Positions 50,318 to 62,566 of a stretch of DNA of 64,000 bases are shown in pieces. Position 1 is the stretch's first letter. Each line of letters begins with the position of its first letter. Source of the DNA: Okamejei kenojei (lineage: Eukaryota); assembly GCA_035221665.1 (NCBI GenBank), contig CM069159.1:35154001-35218000 (forward strand), given 5' to 3'. Both the position numbers and the translations under genes were made by a program. The notes below the pieces were generated by a model. That model saw only the letters and a list, made by a program, of their open reading frames with translations. It ran no database searches and was not told where the DNA came from.

Positions 50318-50451
50318 ACGCACCCAAACACTCCCCCACCCCTTTCCGTGCGTACACACATACAATAAAAATTAGTCGTTGACATCGCAAGAGAGAGGGG
50401 GAGAAAGAGCTCCTTCAGGAACTGCCTTGTCCTTACTGGGTGAAGGTATGT
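50110..50451 (+). promoter_or_regulatory. Candidate proximal promoter / first exon of the pri-miRNA host transcript
   Basis: GC box ccgccc ~50191, poly-C 50289-50317, donor GAAG|GTATGT at 50446; same strand as the miRNAs 3.4 kb downstream. Confidence 0.35.
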
Positions 50452-52817
50452 TGGAAATCTGTGCCTCCAATCCAGCTGTTATTTCATAGGAAGAGGCCGC
50501 TTGTTAAACCTGAACGACAGAGAGGAAAAAATGGGATTATGAAATGCGTTGTGGTGCTGTGGAGCTGCTTGTCTCTCCTCCCTGTCATGGCTCTCTGCTT
50601 CTAAAACGCATGCCAAAAAAAAATCGAAAGGCTCAGTGTTGGCGATTTTACAAACAGATGTTGCCTCTTGATGCGCAGTTAAACCAGACACCAGAACAAC
50701 AGTTCTGGGACGCTAGATGACTTTTTGGGGGGTGTTGCTTTTAGGTGTGAGGGGTTGGAAGGTTAGTTTCAGTTGGCGTTAAAAAACAAATTTTATTATT
50801 TTTTTCTCATCAAGGTGTGAGCTCACTACGGCCGCTTTATTTACTTATTTATTTTGGTGTAAAGAAACCGCCTTTTTTTTTCATCTGTTTGCATCGACCG
50901 CGACTGGACAATCGCTGAATGAATCCTTGGCCCTTCTTCCATAAAGACCCCAGCTTTTCACCCCTCTGTGCAGCGTAAAGCAATATTGGGAATGTTTGGA
51001 CGTTCCTGGTGAGTTAAAGACAATCGTGCCTCGGACACAGAGTGCCCGGGTCATTTTTTGGGGGGGCAAAGGGTTTATTTCTATTCGTTTTTCGTTTCCG
51101 TTTTCAAACATTTTCCCCTTTGTACTTGCCCGTTGCCATTGTGTTATTAAACGGCAGTGAACACTGTGAATGTGGATCTCAATTTATAAGGCTTGACGAA
51201 AGTCTCCGTTTTGAACGGATAAGTAATGGGTGCAAATCGGGACAACTGTTAATATCTTTACAGAACTAGAGTTACTTCATATTGTTTGCCTCTGGCACAG
51301 TGCGAGCATGCTAACACGATAGACTGTGATCACCCTATCTTGTTTTGCTTTCCTGACCTGGGCCTCTTGACTCGAAAGTGTTAAAATTACTTGGCACCAG
51401 AACTGCATTTCAAAGCAGTTTTGTCCTCTCTTTGCATTCAAGATTCACAGGGTACCATCTGATTTTGAAATTCAGATTGTTAGGCTTCACGTATTGTGCC
51501 AAGATCCACAATAAGCCCTTTGCGCGCTCTCTCGCTCTCTCGCTCTCTACCTCCTTTCTATCCAACCCTTCGTCCTTATTTACAGCTTAAGATCTGGACG
51601 GGGAGAAGAGTTTACATATAATCGTGTAGCAAAGTTGGTGCGTTTGGGTGCACGCGAGTGTGTGTGTGTGCGTATTCTCCAGTCTTTGTGAGGCAGCAAG
51701 TAATTTGCTCACTCTCTCTGCCGCCGGGTGTCCATTCACCGTGATTCTGTCACTGAATTGGGTAAGAACGTGCCGAGCCTGGCCACTGCCTGGTGCCTGC
51801 GTTCCTTGGTTAGCGCAGCATCAGAATGGATGGGGGCCCATTTCTAACCTCAATATCATTTGACAATTCCTACTCCTCTTTGTTTTGCTGCCTTTTTGTC
51901 GAACGGCCGTGGCAAACATCCCCGTTCTAATCCTCAGTCAGGCAGGAAAAATAATTGTAAGTGCCATTTTTTTTTTAGTTAGAAAGAAGAAACAGCTGGC
52001 TTATGAAGTCAGTGAATTCAATTACTGGGGAAAGCGATTCCATGCGTAGGATAAAAGTCTATTGGGTGACCTTTATGGATTACAGAATGGATTCCAGCGG
52101 TCCTTCACTCCCCCCTCCACCCCTGCCCCACCCCCACCCTCCAATGCTTGTGTCTCTGTTTCTCCTCCCTCTTTTCTGCAATGTGGAACCACATTGGAGC
52201 ACGCTTGCGTGTGGGTATGTTTGCATATGTGTGTGATTGCGCACATGCATGTGTGTGCCCATGCGCGCACGATGGCAGTGCTGCGTTCAACATTGGTTGT
52301 CTTTCTCCGTGTCGCAGGTTAGGCCTTCTGGTCACAATCGGCAGAATGCTTTAAAATGGGGCAGGACGTATGCTGAAGAAATGGGGGTGGGGGGGTGGGA
52401 GAGGGGGGGTATGGGTTGGATGGGTGGCAGCATGGTGAGTAGAGGGGATGCAGGGGAGATGGGAGTGCGAACGGCTGTGGTGAACGTCTTCCCGTTGGAA
52501 TCCCTTCCCTCCTCTCACCCAGTTGTCCAGCGTTTGGAATTTGTGGATGTGAGTTAGATTGTATTATTGTCATTCGTTACATCCTCGCGGCAGAAAGCGA
52601 GGATAAAGGTGAGGCGATTGTCTCTGCATTCATCGGAATGTTTTCTTAGCATCGCTTCACCATCTGAGATGTGGCGGTGTAGGCCGGCCACAGCATTTCA
52701 GATCCCTTTCGGAGTTTTATATTCAGTGGGCGTCTGTCTGTTTGCGAGACTTAAACTGAAAACCTCCAGTAAAATTAATCCAAGTTCTTTCTTTCTGGGA
52801 ATAAGAATGAAGGCGGG

Positions 52818-52948
52818 NNNNNNNNNNNNNNNNNNNNNNNNNNNNNNNNNNNNNNNNNNNNNNNNNNNNNNNNNNNNNNNNNNNNNNNNNNNNNNNNNNN
52901 NNNNNNNNNNNNNNNNNNNNNNNNNNNNNNNNNNNNNNNNNNNNNNNN
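52818..52948. other. Assembly gap (N run)
   Basis: Run of n. Confidence 1.
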
Positions 52949-53861
52949 AGAGTAAAAGACAGCAAGACAAAGCCTGTGTCCAGGCTTGGCAGACAGAAGG
53001 AGCGTGGATTGCCAGCCAAGGCGCCTGCTTTGGTACAAAGCAAACACTCCAGAATTCTCCCAATAACAGTTGCACTCAGATGAGGACATACTTTTCACTT
53101 AATTCTGTGGCTTCATCTCTCAGCTATAACCAATTTTAAATAAGAAGCTTCATTTTGACTGCGTACAAACGCGCGGCCATCTAACATTTGATCTCGAAGA
53201 TCAGAGGATTAGATATTTTTTATATTCATGTTTTAGAAATCGCGAAGCAATGTCGCACTGAATTATACCAAGTTATTGATCCTGGTAGTTAAAGCAGTCA
53301 ATTATTATTAAAGCCTTTTTACAATTTGTTGTTGTTGTTGTTACTTGTACTATAGGACCACAAACTCCAGAGGTTTGCCCTTGACAGACAAGACGCCGCT
53401 TCCTGAGGCATCGACGCCCTTTGCCAGGAATTGAAGCTGGGAGCCAACAGACGTCCCTGCATACATGCAAGAGCAGCCAGATTGCAATGTTGGTGTTTTG
53501 GGTTTAATGGTATTTTTATATTTACTATCAAAAGTATTTATTCTGTCCTTTTTTGGTCTGCTTTCATCTGAGAGATATAACGATGTGTAAATTTAAAACT
53601 GCGCTAAGTGAAAGGAAAACGCTATATTACAGTATGTTTACCTACACGTTAAGCTTTTGGGATTTACTGCTGAGGTGTTTTTTCTTTGCCGAAACAAAAT
53701 GGGAAGGTGGGGGGGGGGGGGGGGGGGGGGGGGGGATTAGAGAAAAGAGAATGGAGGTAGGAGGAAGATGGGCAGAGGCTTGGTGTCAGTGATAAGGGAT
53801 AGAAGATGAGTGATGTCGGAAAAGAGAATCAGGAGAGGCCAGGAGGACTGGAGATTGCAGA

Positions 53862-53944
53862 GCCAGCTGCCACTAACCCGTAGATCCGAACTTGTGTTTC
53901 AAGTATCTCCCAAGCTCGTGTCTATAGGTCTGTGTCTACATGGT
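53862..53944 (+). ncRNA. mir100: microRNA miR-100 precursor (miR-99/100 family); mature 5p 53875-53896, star 53911-53932
   Basis: Exact mature AACCCGTAGATCCGAACTTGTG; complementary arm CAAGCTCGTGTCTATAGGTCTG; flanks (tgccac../..tgtgtct) as in vertebrate pre-mir-100. Confidence 0.97.
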
Positions 53945-55160
53945 AAAGAACCAACCAGCCATCGACATTAGATATTGTAATGGAGCTCTCCTGCAGGGTC
54001 GAGAGGTTTAGGGTGGTGGTCACCATTAGCTCTACGAGAGCATGTTGAAGCTGTAGGTGTGGAAGAAATGGGTTGCAACAACAAATCTTTGATGATGATC
54101 GTTAAAATAAAACGACATAAGAGTTGACAGGTCATTTTGCCTAACCGGTTTAGTGCTCCAGACAAGCCTCCCCAAATCTGAAGCAAGTTGGGCCAACTTT
54201 AGATCATGTGCTTTTTGCAGCAGGGTGGGGCGAGGATTATGGAAGTCCCAATCCATGAGTCAGTAATGATGTGGACCTCCCAGCTGGCAACTCCCAGCCA
54301 AGTTTAACCATTTCACCCAGTCATACTCTCATGCCTCCGGTAAGAGTATCCCAAAAAGCTTAAGGTTAATGACTCTGTAATTCCCTTGATAGAGTCTAAT
54401 GAATCAGTGTGAAATGTGGTTTCTATTTGGGATTAGCCATGAATGGGGACATGTGAGGGACGCGATTTAGGATAGCAGTTTACTCAGAAGCAAAACGACT
54501 GTGAAAACGACTTGTGCAGATTCACTGGGGCAGCCACACCTTGGCCCATAACAGGTTCCGAGAGCTGGCTGCACAATAACCCCCACTGAACATCACGGGG
54601 GGCTACGAGGCTTCCATTAGGTGGAGGTGGGATGGGTGAAAAGCACTTGGGTGATTAACATGGAGACTTCTGATCATTAATGGCTACGTTTGTCAATGGC
54701 TATTTTTCTTAAAATTTGAACTGAATTTGTTGAGTACCAAAGATAGACGCAGAAAGCTGGAACCTTCTTCAGACTGGTCTATGCACGTGGGGATGTATGT
54801 GTTAGTTTGGCGAGTGTGACACGTGTGTGAGTTACGTGTGGTTTGCCTGCGTTGATGAGGGTGTGTGTGTGTGTGTGTGTGTATGTGTTAGTAAGCCATA
54901 TGTGTTGCTGGTCGCTGCATGTAACAATATCATTGTCTGTGGTTTTCTCCATATATCTTTCCCAGGGTATATGGGTGTGACGAGGCCCTGCGTTTAGAAT
55001 GTGTTGGTGTGTAGGGTAAGTCCAGACATTGGACCAACAACTTCCCCTTGCTTATTCATCGCGCACCACCCTTATCTATCCCTGACCTTCTCTCACTATT
55101 TCCTTCCCCTCAACCCAACTGCTTAAAGCTTCTGATGCAGTAGTTGATGAGGCCAATGAC

Positions 55161-55254
55161 TGTGTGCACCCAGGCTGAGGTAGTAGGTTGTATAGTTTAG
55201 AATTATACCAAGGGAGATAACTGTACAACCTCCTAGCTTTCCCTGGGGCATGCA
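55161..55254 (+). ncRNA. let-7a: microRNA let-7a precursor (let-7a-2 type); mature 5p 55176-55197, star 55221-55242
   Basis: Exact mature TGAGGTAGTAGGTTGTATAGTT; loop TAGAATTATACCAAGGGAGATAA; star CTGTACAACCTCCTAGCTTTCC; basal stem tgtgtgcacccagg/ccctggggcatgca. Confidence 0.98.
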
Positions 55255-56157
55255 TTTACCAACGGCGGGAGCAACGCATGAATCGTCAAAACAAAGAGAA
55301 AAATAACTCCGAAAATGGTAAGCCTTTTGATCTGCTCCCTGAGGTTGAAGCCCACCAATGTAGCTGCAACGATAACGGGCACAAACATATTTCTCAAAAG
55401 TCATCCTTTTTTTATTGAGAAAGATAGCAATGTTTAAGATGGTAGTGTTAACCTTTTGTTCCCTGCAGGTCTCTTTGTCCAGTGATTCATTTTCAAACAG
55501 AGCTGCATTATATTGGCAGAGTACTTTGCTCTTTGTACAATTCATGCGGTCCAAGCCAGTAATCCTGCAGAACAAGAAACCAAACGGTTTGTAATCAGTC
55601 TGAACCTCAATGTGTGCTGAATTATAGAGACTTACATCAGAGACATTCACAGAGTGCCTTCAATTGGATTCTGCCTTCTTGGTAATGGAAATTGGGAACA
55701 ACAACTAGAGTTGCACTATTGATTGCTATCCAATAATTCCATTGAAATTCCACGATCTAGTTTAGTTTATGGTACTGTACAGCGAGGTACAGTGAAAAGC
55801 TCTTTTGGTGCTTGCTATCCAGTCAGTGGCAAGACTGTACATCAACACAATCAAGCCCCTGGGAGCTTTCTCATGGAGAAAAAAACTGAGATCTTTTAAG
55901 CCATGGACTGCAAGCTCCTATTGGCCCACTTATGGTGCCCTTTGGCTGGTGCGCGCATGTGCCTATTGAACCAGCGAGGTTTGAGTTTGTACACCCACCA
56001 GCCCACGTTTGGCTGAAATCCCTGGTAACCCTGAAGACCAAGTAATTGTTATAAATTATTGGAAATTCTTGGTAATTTCTAGGAAGAGCGCCCACAGGTA
56101 TGCATGGTCAAGATGGGCCTAACTGCATGATTCTGTGAAGTGCTAGAACACTTCCGT

Positions 56158-56572
56158 CATAGAGACATACAGCATGGAAATAGACCCTTTGCTACTATTT
56201 ACGCTTGCCGACCAACATGCTCCATTAGTCCCACCAGCCTGCATTTCGCCCATATATCTCTATACCTTTCCTATCAATATACCTGTCCAAATATTGTTTA
56301 AATGTTGCTATAGTACTTGCCTCAACTACCTCCTCTGGCTACTCATTCCATATACCCACCACCCTCTGTGTGAAGAAAGTTGCACCTCAGGTTCCTATTA
56401 AATCTTCCCCTTTCACCTTAAACCTAAGTTTTAATTTCCCTACTCTGGGCAAAATACTCTGTGCATTCACCCTATCTATTCCCCTCGTGGTCTTATACAC
56501 CTCTATAGGATCTCCCCTCATCCTCCTGCGCTCCAGGGAATATAGTCCGAACCTGCCCAACCTTTCCTTATA
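56158..56572 (-). mobile_element. CR1 3' fragment
   Basis: Antisense of the same CR1 subfamily as 35970-36405. Confidence 0.85.
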
Positions 56573-59179
56573 TCATAACAAATATATTGTCCAGTGATGC
56601 ATATATCCCAGTAACAAATAGAAATCTGCTTGAATCCATGCTGATAAAATAGTCCCAGTAAGTGAAGCTTCATGGATCTGCAACTAATGAAACATGTGGA
56701 AGGCAGTACTAAATCAATTTCCTTCTCATTACTTCTCCATCTAAATTCCACTCAACTCTTGATAACACAAAACCACATAGTTAGATATTAAGCTTCAGCT
56801 GTACAATTGCAATGGTGAGAATAATTAACCATCATTGATGAATGTATGCAATCTGTCCTTGGCCTCTCCAAAGTTAGTACTTGCCAGGTTGGTAATATTT
56901 GGCCCTGTATCAGCTCCTCATTTCTTCAGGTCAATGCATGGAAATGGATGACACCTCTCTACCACTGTTTAATAATGCACTCTTCAAAATTATATTTTAA
57001 TTTAAATTCCAAGTTCAAAGTTTTCCCTCATTCAGTGTTAAAGCACTGATGGTGTGGGTGACCTGAACAATCTATTCCATTAATGGCCAAACCAGGATAT
57101 TGATGAAAGCAAACTTCAGACTTCACTTCACATGCAACATCATTACAATGAAATGACAGCGACATCCTTCTGTAATGAGGTTTTGGAGTGTCTGCAACGA
57201 TTGCTAGGCGAGACTCTGGTGCAATGGGTGGTGCATCAGTCTGATCGACATTTGTCAGTTATTGCGTCTATTCAAGGCTGAGATGCTCAGTCGTTGAGTA
57301 TATTCAAGCGTATGAAAGATACAATTTTTGGGCACTGAAAGAAATCAAACAAAATGGAAATAGAACAGGAAAATCATGTTGTTGGAAGATCAGCTCTGAT
57401 GTTGTTGGTTAGTGGACCAGATGCAAGGGTTGGGGGCCAATTTTGCTTCCATTTCCAGTTACATATTATGCAAAGTGTATGCTTTTCCTCTCCGTTGTCA
57501 TGTATAGAGGGGAGGATGTTGCGGACCACATAATCAGCTGCTAATTTGCTATTGTTCATCATCCACCCCTATTCAGAGTTTTTCAACGACTAGGTCCATT
57601 CCATGTAAAGGAATATGAGCTTAAATTGGCACAGAATAACTAAAGAGCAAACGGTTATGGTACAATGTTTAAGATGGAACTGCAGGTGCTGGTTTAAATG
57701 TGAGGATAGACACAAAAAGCTGGTGTAACTCAGCAGGACAATGGTACAATATTTGACTTCACTTAATTGGATCGGGTTGATAAGAGGTTAGATTGGTAAT
57801 AATGGTTATAAGGTGATAAACAACTCGGAAAGGCATCACAGTGCCAGGATTGTTCTGAGAGCAAGGTTCCCCGTAGGACAAGAATCCAAAGTGGAAGATG
57901 AAAGAATGAAAAGACATTGGTAGATGAGCAGACTATTTCACCTTTGTGAGCTTGTTCTGCCATTAACTGAGATCATGACTCAACTCTGAATTAACTCCAC
58001 TGTATGAAAAGATAGAAAAGTGTTTAGTAGTCCTCTTTCACATTTCCTGAAGGACACAAATTAAAAAAGCTCTCCGCTTATGTTAGACATCCCCTTTGTG
58101 ATATCCATTGAATGTTCGCAGATGGTAATTGAACCAGAAAATCCACATTTAGTGAAATCTGTTCAATTGTATGTTGCAAGTCAGGAAATGGCTGGTGCTT
58201 AACGACGTCTCCGCTAGAAATACCTACTCCTAATAATCCATCCATACGAAATACTCGCGCTGCTGAGATTGTTGGCGGGGCATTTGGATGAGCAACGAAG
58301 CCAATTTCAGATAGTAAACTCCACACAATCTATGGAAGGCATCCTAGGAAGTCTTATTTGAGTCGTTTGATGGAAGTCTTTTTTGAGTCATTTAGGTTTT
58401 CATAATGCTGCAATTATAGTATTACCAGCATTTTTTGTTCGATTTCAGATTTCCAGTATTTGTAGTTTCTGTTATGTTTGTGTTGATCAAAGGTAACGAG
58501 AAAAAGGAAAGTATAGATCCTTCATACCTTCAGAATATCTCAAAGTACTTCACAACTAATTACATGTTTATCAAATGGAGCAATTATTGTTTCATAAGAT
58601 AACAGGCCATCTGGACACAGAAAGATCCTATGAAATGAAATAAAGGTTGGATTTTTTAAAAAGTGTGATACCATCATTCGAGGATGTTATGAAATGAGAG
58701 GATCGTTCATCCATTTCTATGGATCTTCCTTCACCCAATACACTCATTCATTCGTGGAGCAGCTTTGGTTTAATAAAGCATCTTATGCTGCAGCACTGGA
58801 ACAAAGTCAGGCAAAAAGCCACAGCGAGTCGGGGGAAATGACTCAATGATCAGTCTAAAGGCGGTGGTTTTAAGGGGAGAATGAGCGTCCCCTGAGATCT
58901 TGTGGGGAAATCCCAGGGATAGTATTATGGTCAACTGAGGCAAATCCATGGCTGATGTAGGGAAGGGAGCAGGGATGCAGCAGTGACCAGAACTAAAGGA
59001 ACACAGAGAAAAATAATTTTTTCTGCTTAACAAAACTGAATTTGCAGAAGGAATTAGTTTTTATTTACAGAGTTGCCCTTGAGTAATTTTAAGGTGAGGA
59101 ATGATTTAGGCATCCACTTGCATCGGACATCGGACCAGAAATATATGGGCATTATTTGGAGGGAGTACATTCTTCAAGC

Positions 59180-60216
59180 TCAAAGTCAAAGTCAAAAGAG
59201 TTTATTGTCATGTGTCCCTGATAGGACAATGAAATTCTTTCTTTGCTTAGCACAACAGAACATAGTAGGTATTGACTGCAATTATATACGTAAATACACA
59301 CATTAATTAATAACTTAATAAAGTGCAAATAACAGATGGAGGGGTATTAATTTTCAGAGTTTTGTCCGAGACAAGTTTAATAGCCTGATGGCTGTGGGGA
59401 AGTAGCTATTCCTGAACCGGGTTGTTGCAGTCCTCAGGCTCCTGTACCTTCTACCCGAAGGTAGCAGGGAGATGAGTGTGTGGCCAGGGTGGTGTGGGTC
59501 CTTGATGATGCTGCCAGCCTTTTTGAGGCAGCGACTGTGGTAGATCCCCTCGATGGAAGGAAGGTCAGAGCCGATGATGGACTGGGCAGTGTTTACTACT
59601 TTTTGTAGTCTTTTCCTCACCAGGGCACTCAAGTTGCCGAACCAAGCCACGATGCAACCGGTCAGCAAGCTCTCCACTGTGCACCTGTAGAGTTTAGAGA
59701 GAGTCCTCCTTGACAGACCGACTCTCCGTAATCTTCTCAGGAAGTAGAGGCACTGATGTGCTTTCTTAATAATTGCATCCGTGTTCTCGGACCAGGAAAG
59801 ATCTTCACAGATGTGCACGCCCAGGAATTTGAAGCTCTTGACCCTTTCAACCATTGATCCGTTGATATAAACAGGACTGTGGGTCCCCATCCTACTCCTT
59901 CCAAAGTCCACAATCAGTTCCTTGGTTTTGCTGGTGTTGAGGGCCAGGTTATTGTGCTGGCACCATATGGACAGTCGCTCGATCTCTCTTCTATACTCTG
60001 ACTCATCCCCATCAGTGATACGTCCCACTACAGTGGTGTTGTCAGCGAACTTGATAGTGGAGTTCGCACTATGACCGGCTACGCAGTCATGAGTATAGAG
60101 TGAGTACAGCAGGGGGCTGAGCACGCAGCCTTGAGGTGCTCCCATGCTGATTGTTATCGAGTCTGACACATTTCCACCAATACGAACAGACTGTGGTCTG
60201 TGAATGAGGAAGTCGA
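59180..60216 (-). mobile_element. Rex1/Babar non-LTR retrotransposon, 5'-truncated
   Basis: RT C-terminal half, 3' UTR with AATAAA and (tttgac)n tail at ~59180-59200. Confidence 0.92.
59354..60216 (-). pseudogene. Truncated Rex1/Babar reverse transcriptase ORF
   Basis: DFLIHRPQSVRIG..GAPQGCVLSPLLYSLYTHDC..KFADNTTVVG..LNTSKTKELIVDF..YFLRRLRR; catalytic FADD reads FADN. Confidence 0.9.
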
Positions 60217-61519
60217 CCTATAGCTGACCTTTTAGAAGGGCAGGATTTTTATCCCTGACACACCGGATAAAGCCCTGAAACAAAAAAATGCATTGCAAAA
60301 TCGATTATCTGAGAATAATTACATCTCTATACATATGTATAATGTGCTTCTACATTAACCCTTTAAACGTACTTTAAAATGTGTTGTGACACTGAGACAA
60401 GTGCTAGATAATTGCAAGGGACTTTCCACTTTCTTGCCCCATCACCCATTGTCCCTTTGCTCTCCTTCAGATGGGAACATCAGCCACAGTGAGTGGTGCC
60501 CCACACGGACTCAGTCAGCCAGGCAGAGTGGAACCCTTGAAACCTTCTTGCCCCTACTTCAGTTGCCCCTTGTGGCATATGTATAATCCAACTATCAACC
60601 CCGTTTCTTTACAGATCCAAACCTGGACAGGGAAGTGGAGCAAGTTTGCTGTTGGTTGGCAGAAGTTCTTTGAAACACTCAGCTGCTAACATGTGATGGA
60701 TGATTGGATTTGGAAATAAGCAGCCCCTTATTTTGGGGATGGTGTTTGTAGGATCAATATTTGGCATTGTGTGAATACCTCTACTCCTCTTTGAAATGCC
60801 TTGCAATTCCATATGGCTCCTCCAATATAGCAGCAGTCCAGTACTGCAGCATTGGATCCACACACAGTCTTTGACTCAAATACAGGAATCCCATTTGGAC
60901 TAAACCAGAGTGTTCTTCACCCGCTATTGATCAATAATCTGATCCCTAATATAGAGTTGAACAGGAATAATCAGTGAATGTATTGCCTCAGTAGTGAAAG
61001 TCCCAAATGTTCATTAGATGAGGCTGTGCCTTTAAATCCCTTGGATGTTTAGATGTAGTGTTTTAGTCTGAGTACTGGGTTGAGTGATGAGGAGCTAAAT
61101 GGAGCTGTTAAAAGGATCAATTAGCAGATTAGCATTTTGCAGAGAGTCAAACATTAATCAACTGCCCTGTCCATTTATTTTTGTACATTGGGCTTAGTGG
61201 AAAGTATAGAACAGGAACCCATCACAATGACTGAACAGAGTTACTAGCCAGAGGGAATCACAGACATTTTGAAAGAAATTAATTTGACAGTTCACCCCAA
61301 AGAAACATTCTGCACCCTTGTTAATTTTAAACCAAAAATATACGGTTAATGTAGAACAGTCTTTCCTTGTTTCAAAATCACCAGAGACAGAACAATGGTT
61401 TTAAGACATAAGATGTTTATTTAAAGCCATGAACCATGCATCATATAGTCTCTGAGCTACACGTTATTTAATTCTATATCCTCGTTAATGTCCATGTTGT
61501 AAGGTAGCGGACACCAGCG

Positions 61520-61870
61520 TACATGTTTGAAGATATGATTCAGACTGACATACCACCATGTAAGGAGTGCGTGCTCCCTGTCAATAGTGCCAGCTGAACG
61601 ATCAGAACGTTAAGCTGAGGCACAGTCTGTCTTCTCGGGTGGATGTGAAATATCCCATAGCATTCTTTTGAAGTAAAGTAGGGAGCTCTGCGCCGATCGA
61701 TACCCTTTTACCAATATCCCTTTGCCATTCTCTGCATGCTGCCAGTGTGAGCTTGCTGAGTATAGTTTATCCATTATATCTCCTCCATTATAATGGGAGT
61801 TAACACTTAATAACACTTTACTGGCTTTAAAGCACTTTGGGATGTCTGAGGTCATGGAGATGTTGTCGAG
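61520..61870 (+). mobile_element. Deu-domain SINE relic
   Basis: acgttaagctgaggc..tctcgggtggatgtgaaatatcccatagc..aagcactttgggatgtctgaggtcatg. Confidence 0.65.
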
Positions 61871-62394
61871 ATCAGGTCTGTCATGGTGAGAAGTTCTTCC
61901 TGGATGATAGTGTGTCACCAGGCCACCTGCAAGCTGACGCTTTTTTTTTATTTCCACCAACAGTCTTCCTCTGAATGATTCACCAAAGATGCTACAGTAA
62001 TAGGAACAGTTTCGTTCCAAATCTCCAGCCAAGAAATTTGATTCAGGACAAATCAGTGAGTAAGAAATCATTTCACAAGTAGGATCGGGTTACCTGGGCT
62101 TACAGGCTCGTTTGGTCACTGCTCCATAAGCATTCCAGCTCAAGCTTGGTTTTGGGATCAGCAGACAAAATCGAGGAATACAGGGGGAAGAAATTGCAGG
62201 ATTTTCACTTAAGACCATTTTTAACGCAAGTTTAGTACTTTGCAAAACCTTGACCCAGAGTCATTTCCTCCTCGAATCTTAAAGGTTTGAAGTGGACTGA
62301 GCTTTGATCTAACCTGGGAGTGTTGCGTGCTTTTACCAAGAACAAAAATATGGGTTCACGCACATTTTAGCAAAAAAACAACTGAACTGTTTAA

Positions 62395-62566
62395 GGTAGA
62401 CAAAAATGCAAGGGTGGGGGGAGCACCACCCTCATATCAGTCTGAAGAAGGGTTTCGACCCGAAACGTTCCCTATTTCCGTTGCTCCATAGATGCTGCCT
62501 CACCCGCTGAGTTTCTCCAGCATTTTTGTCTACCTTCCATTTTCCAGCATCTGCAGTTCCTTCTTG
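62395..62566 (+). mobile_element. PLE tail insertion with intact hammerhead core (62442-62469)
   Basis: CTGAAGA AGGGTTTCGACCC GAAACGTT; 18-bp TSD aacaactgaactgtttaa at 62377-62394 and 62567-62584. Confidence 0.88.

Noticed and set aside
49599-50382. 258-aa and 245-aa ORFs
   Set aside because: They span an N gap, (CT)n and poly-C; low-complexity artefacts.
52567-53139. 190-aa ORF
   Set aside because: Length is inflated by the N gap; no homology evident.
55336-55357. TCCCTGAGG, resembling the miR-125 5' end
   Set aside because: Only 8 nt match; the rest differs and there is no complementary arm.
55123-55650. 175-aa ORF on the minus strand
   Set aside because: No recognisable domain; it lies antisense across the let-7 hairpin and is most likely a chance ORF.
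58888-58906. cccctgagatcttgtg, loosely miR-125-like
   Set aside because: Poor match, no hairpin, and it lies in what looks like an L2 relic.
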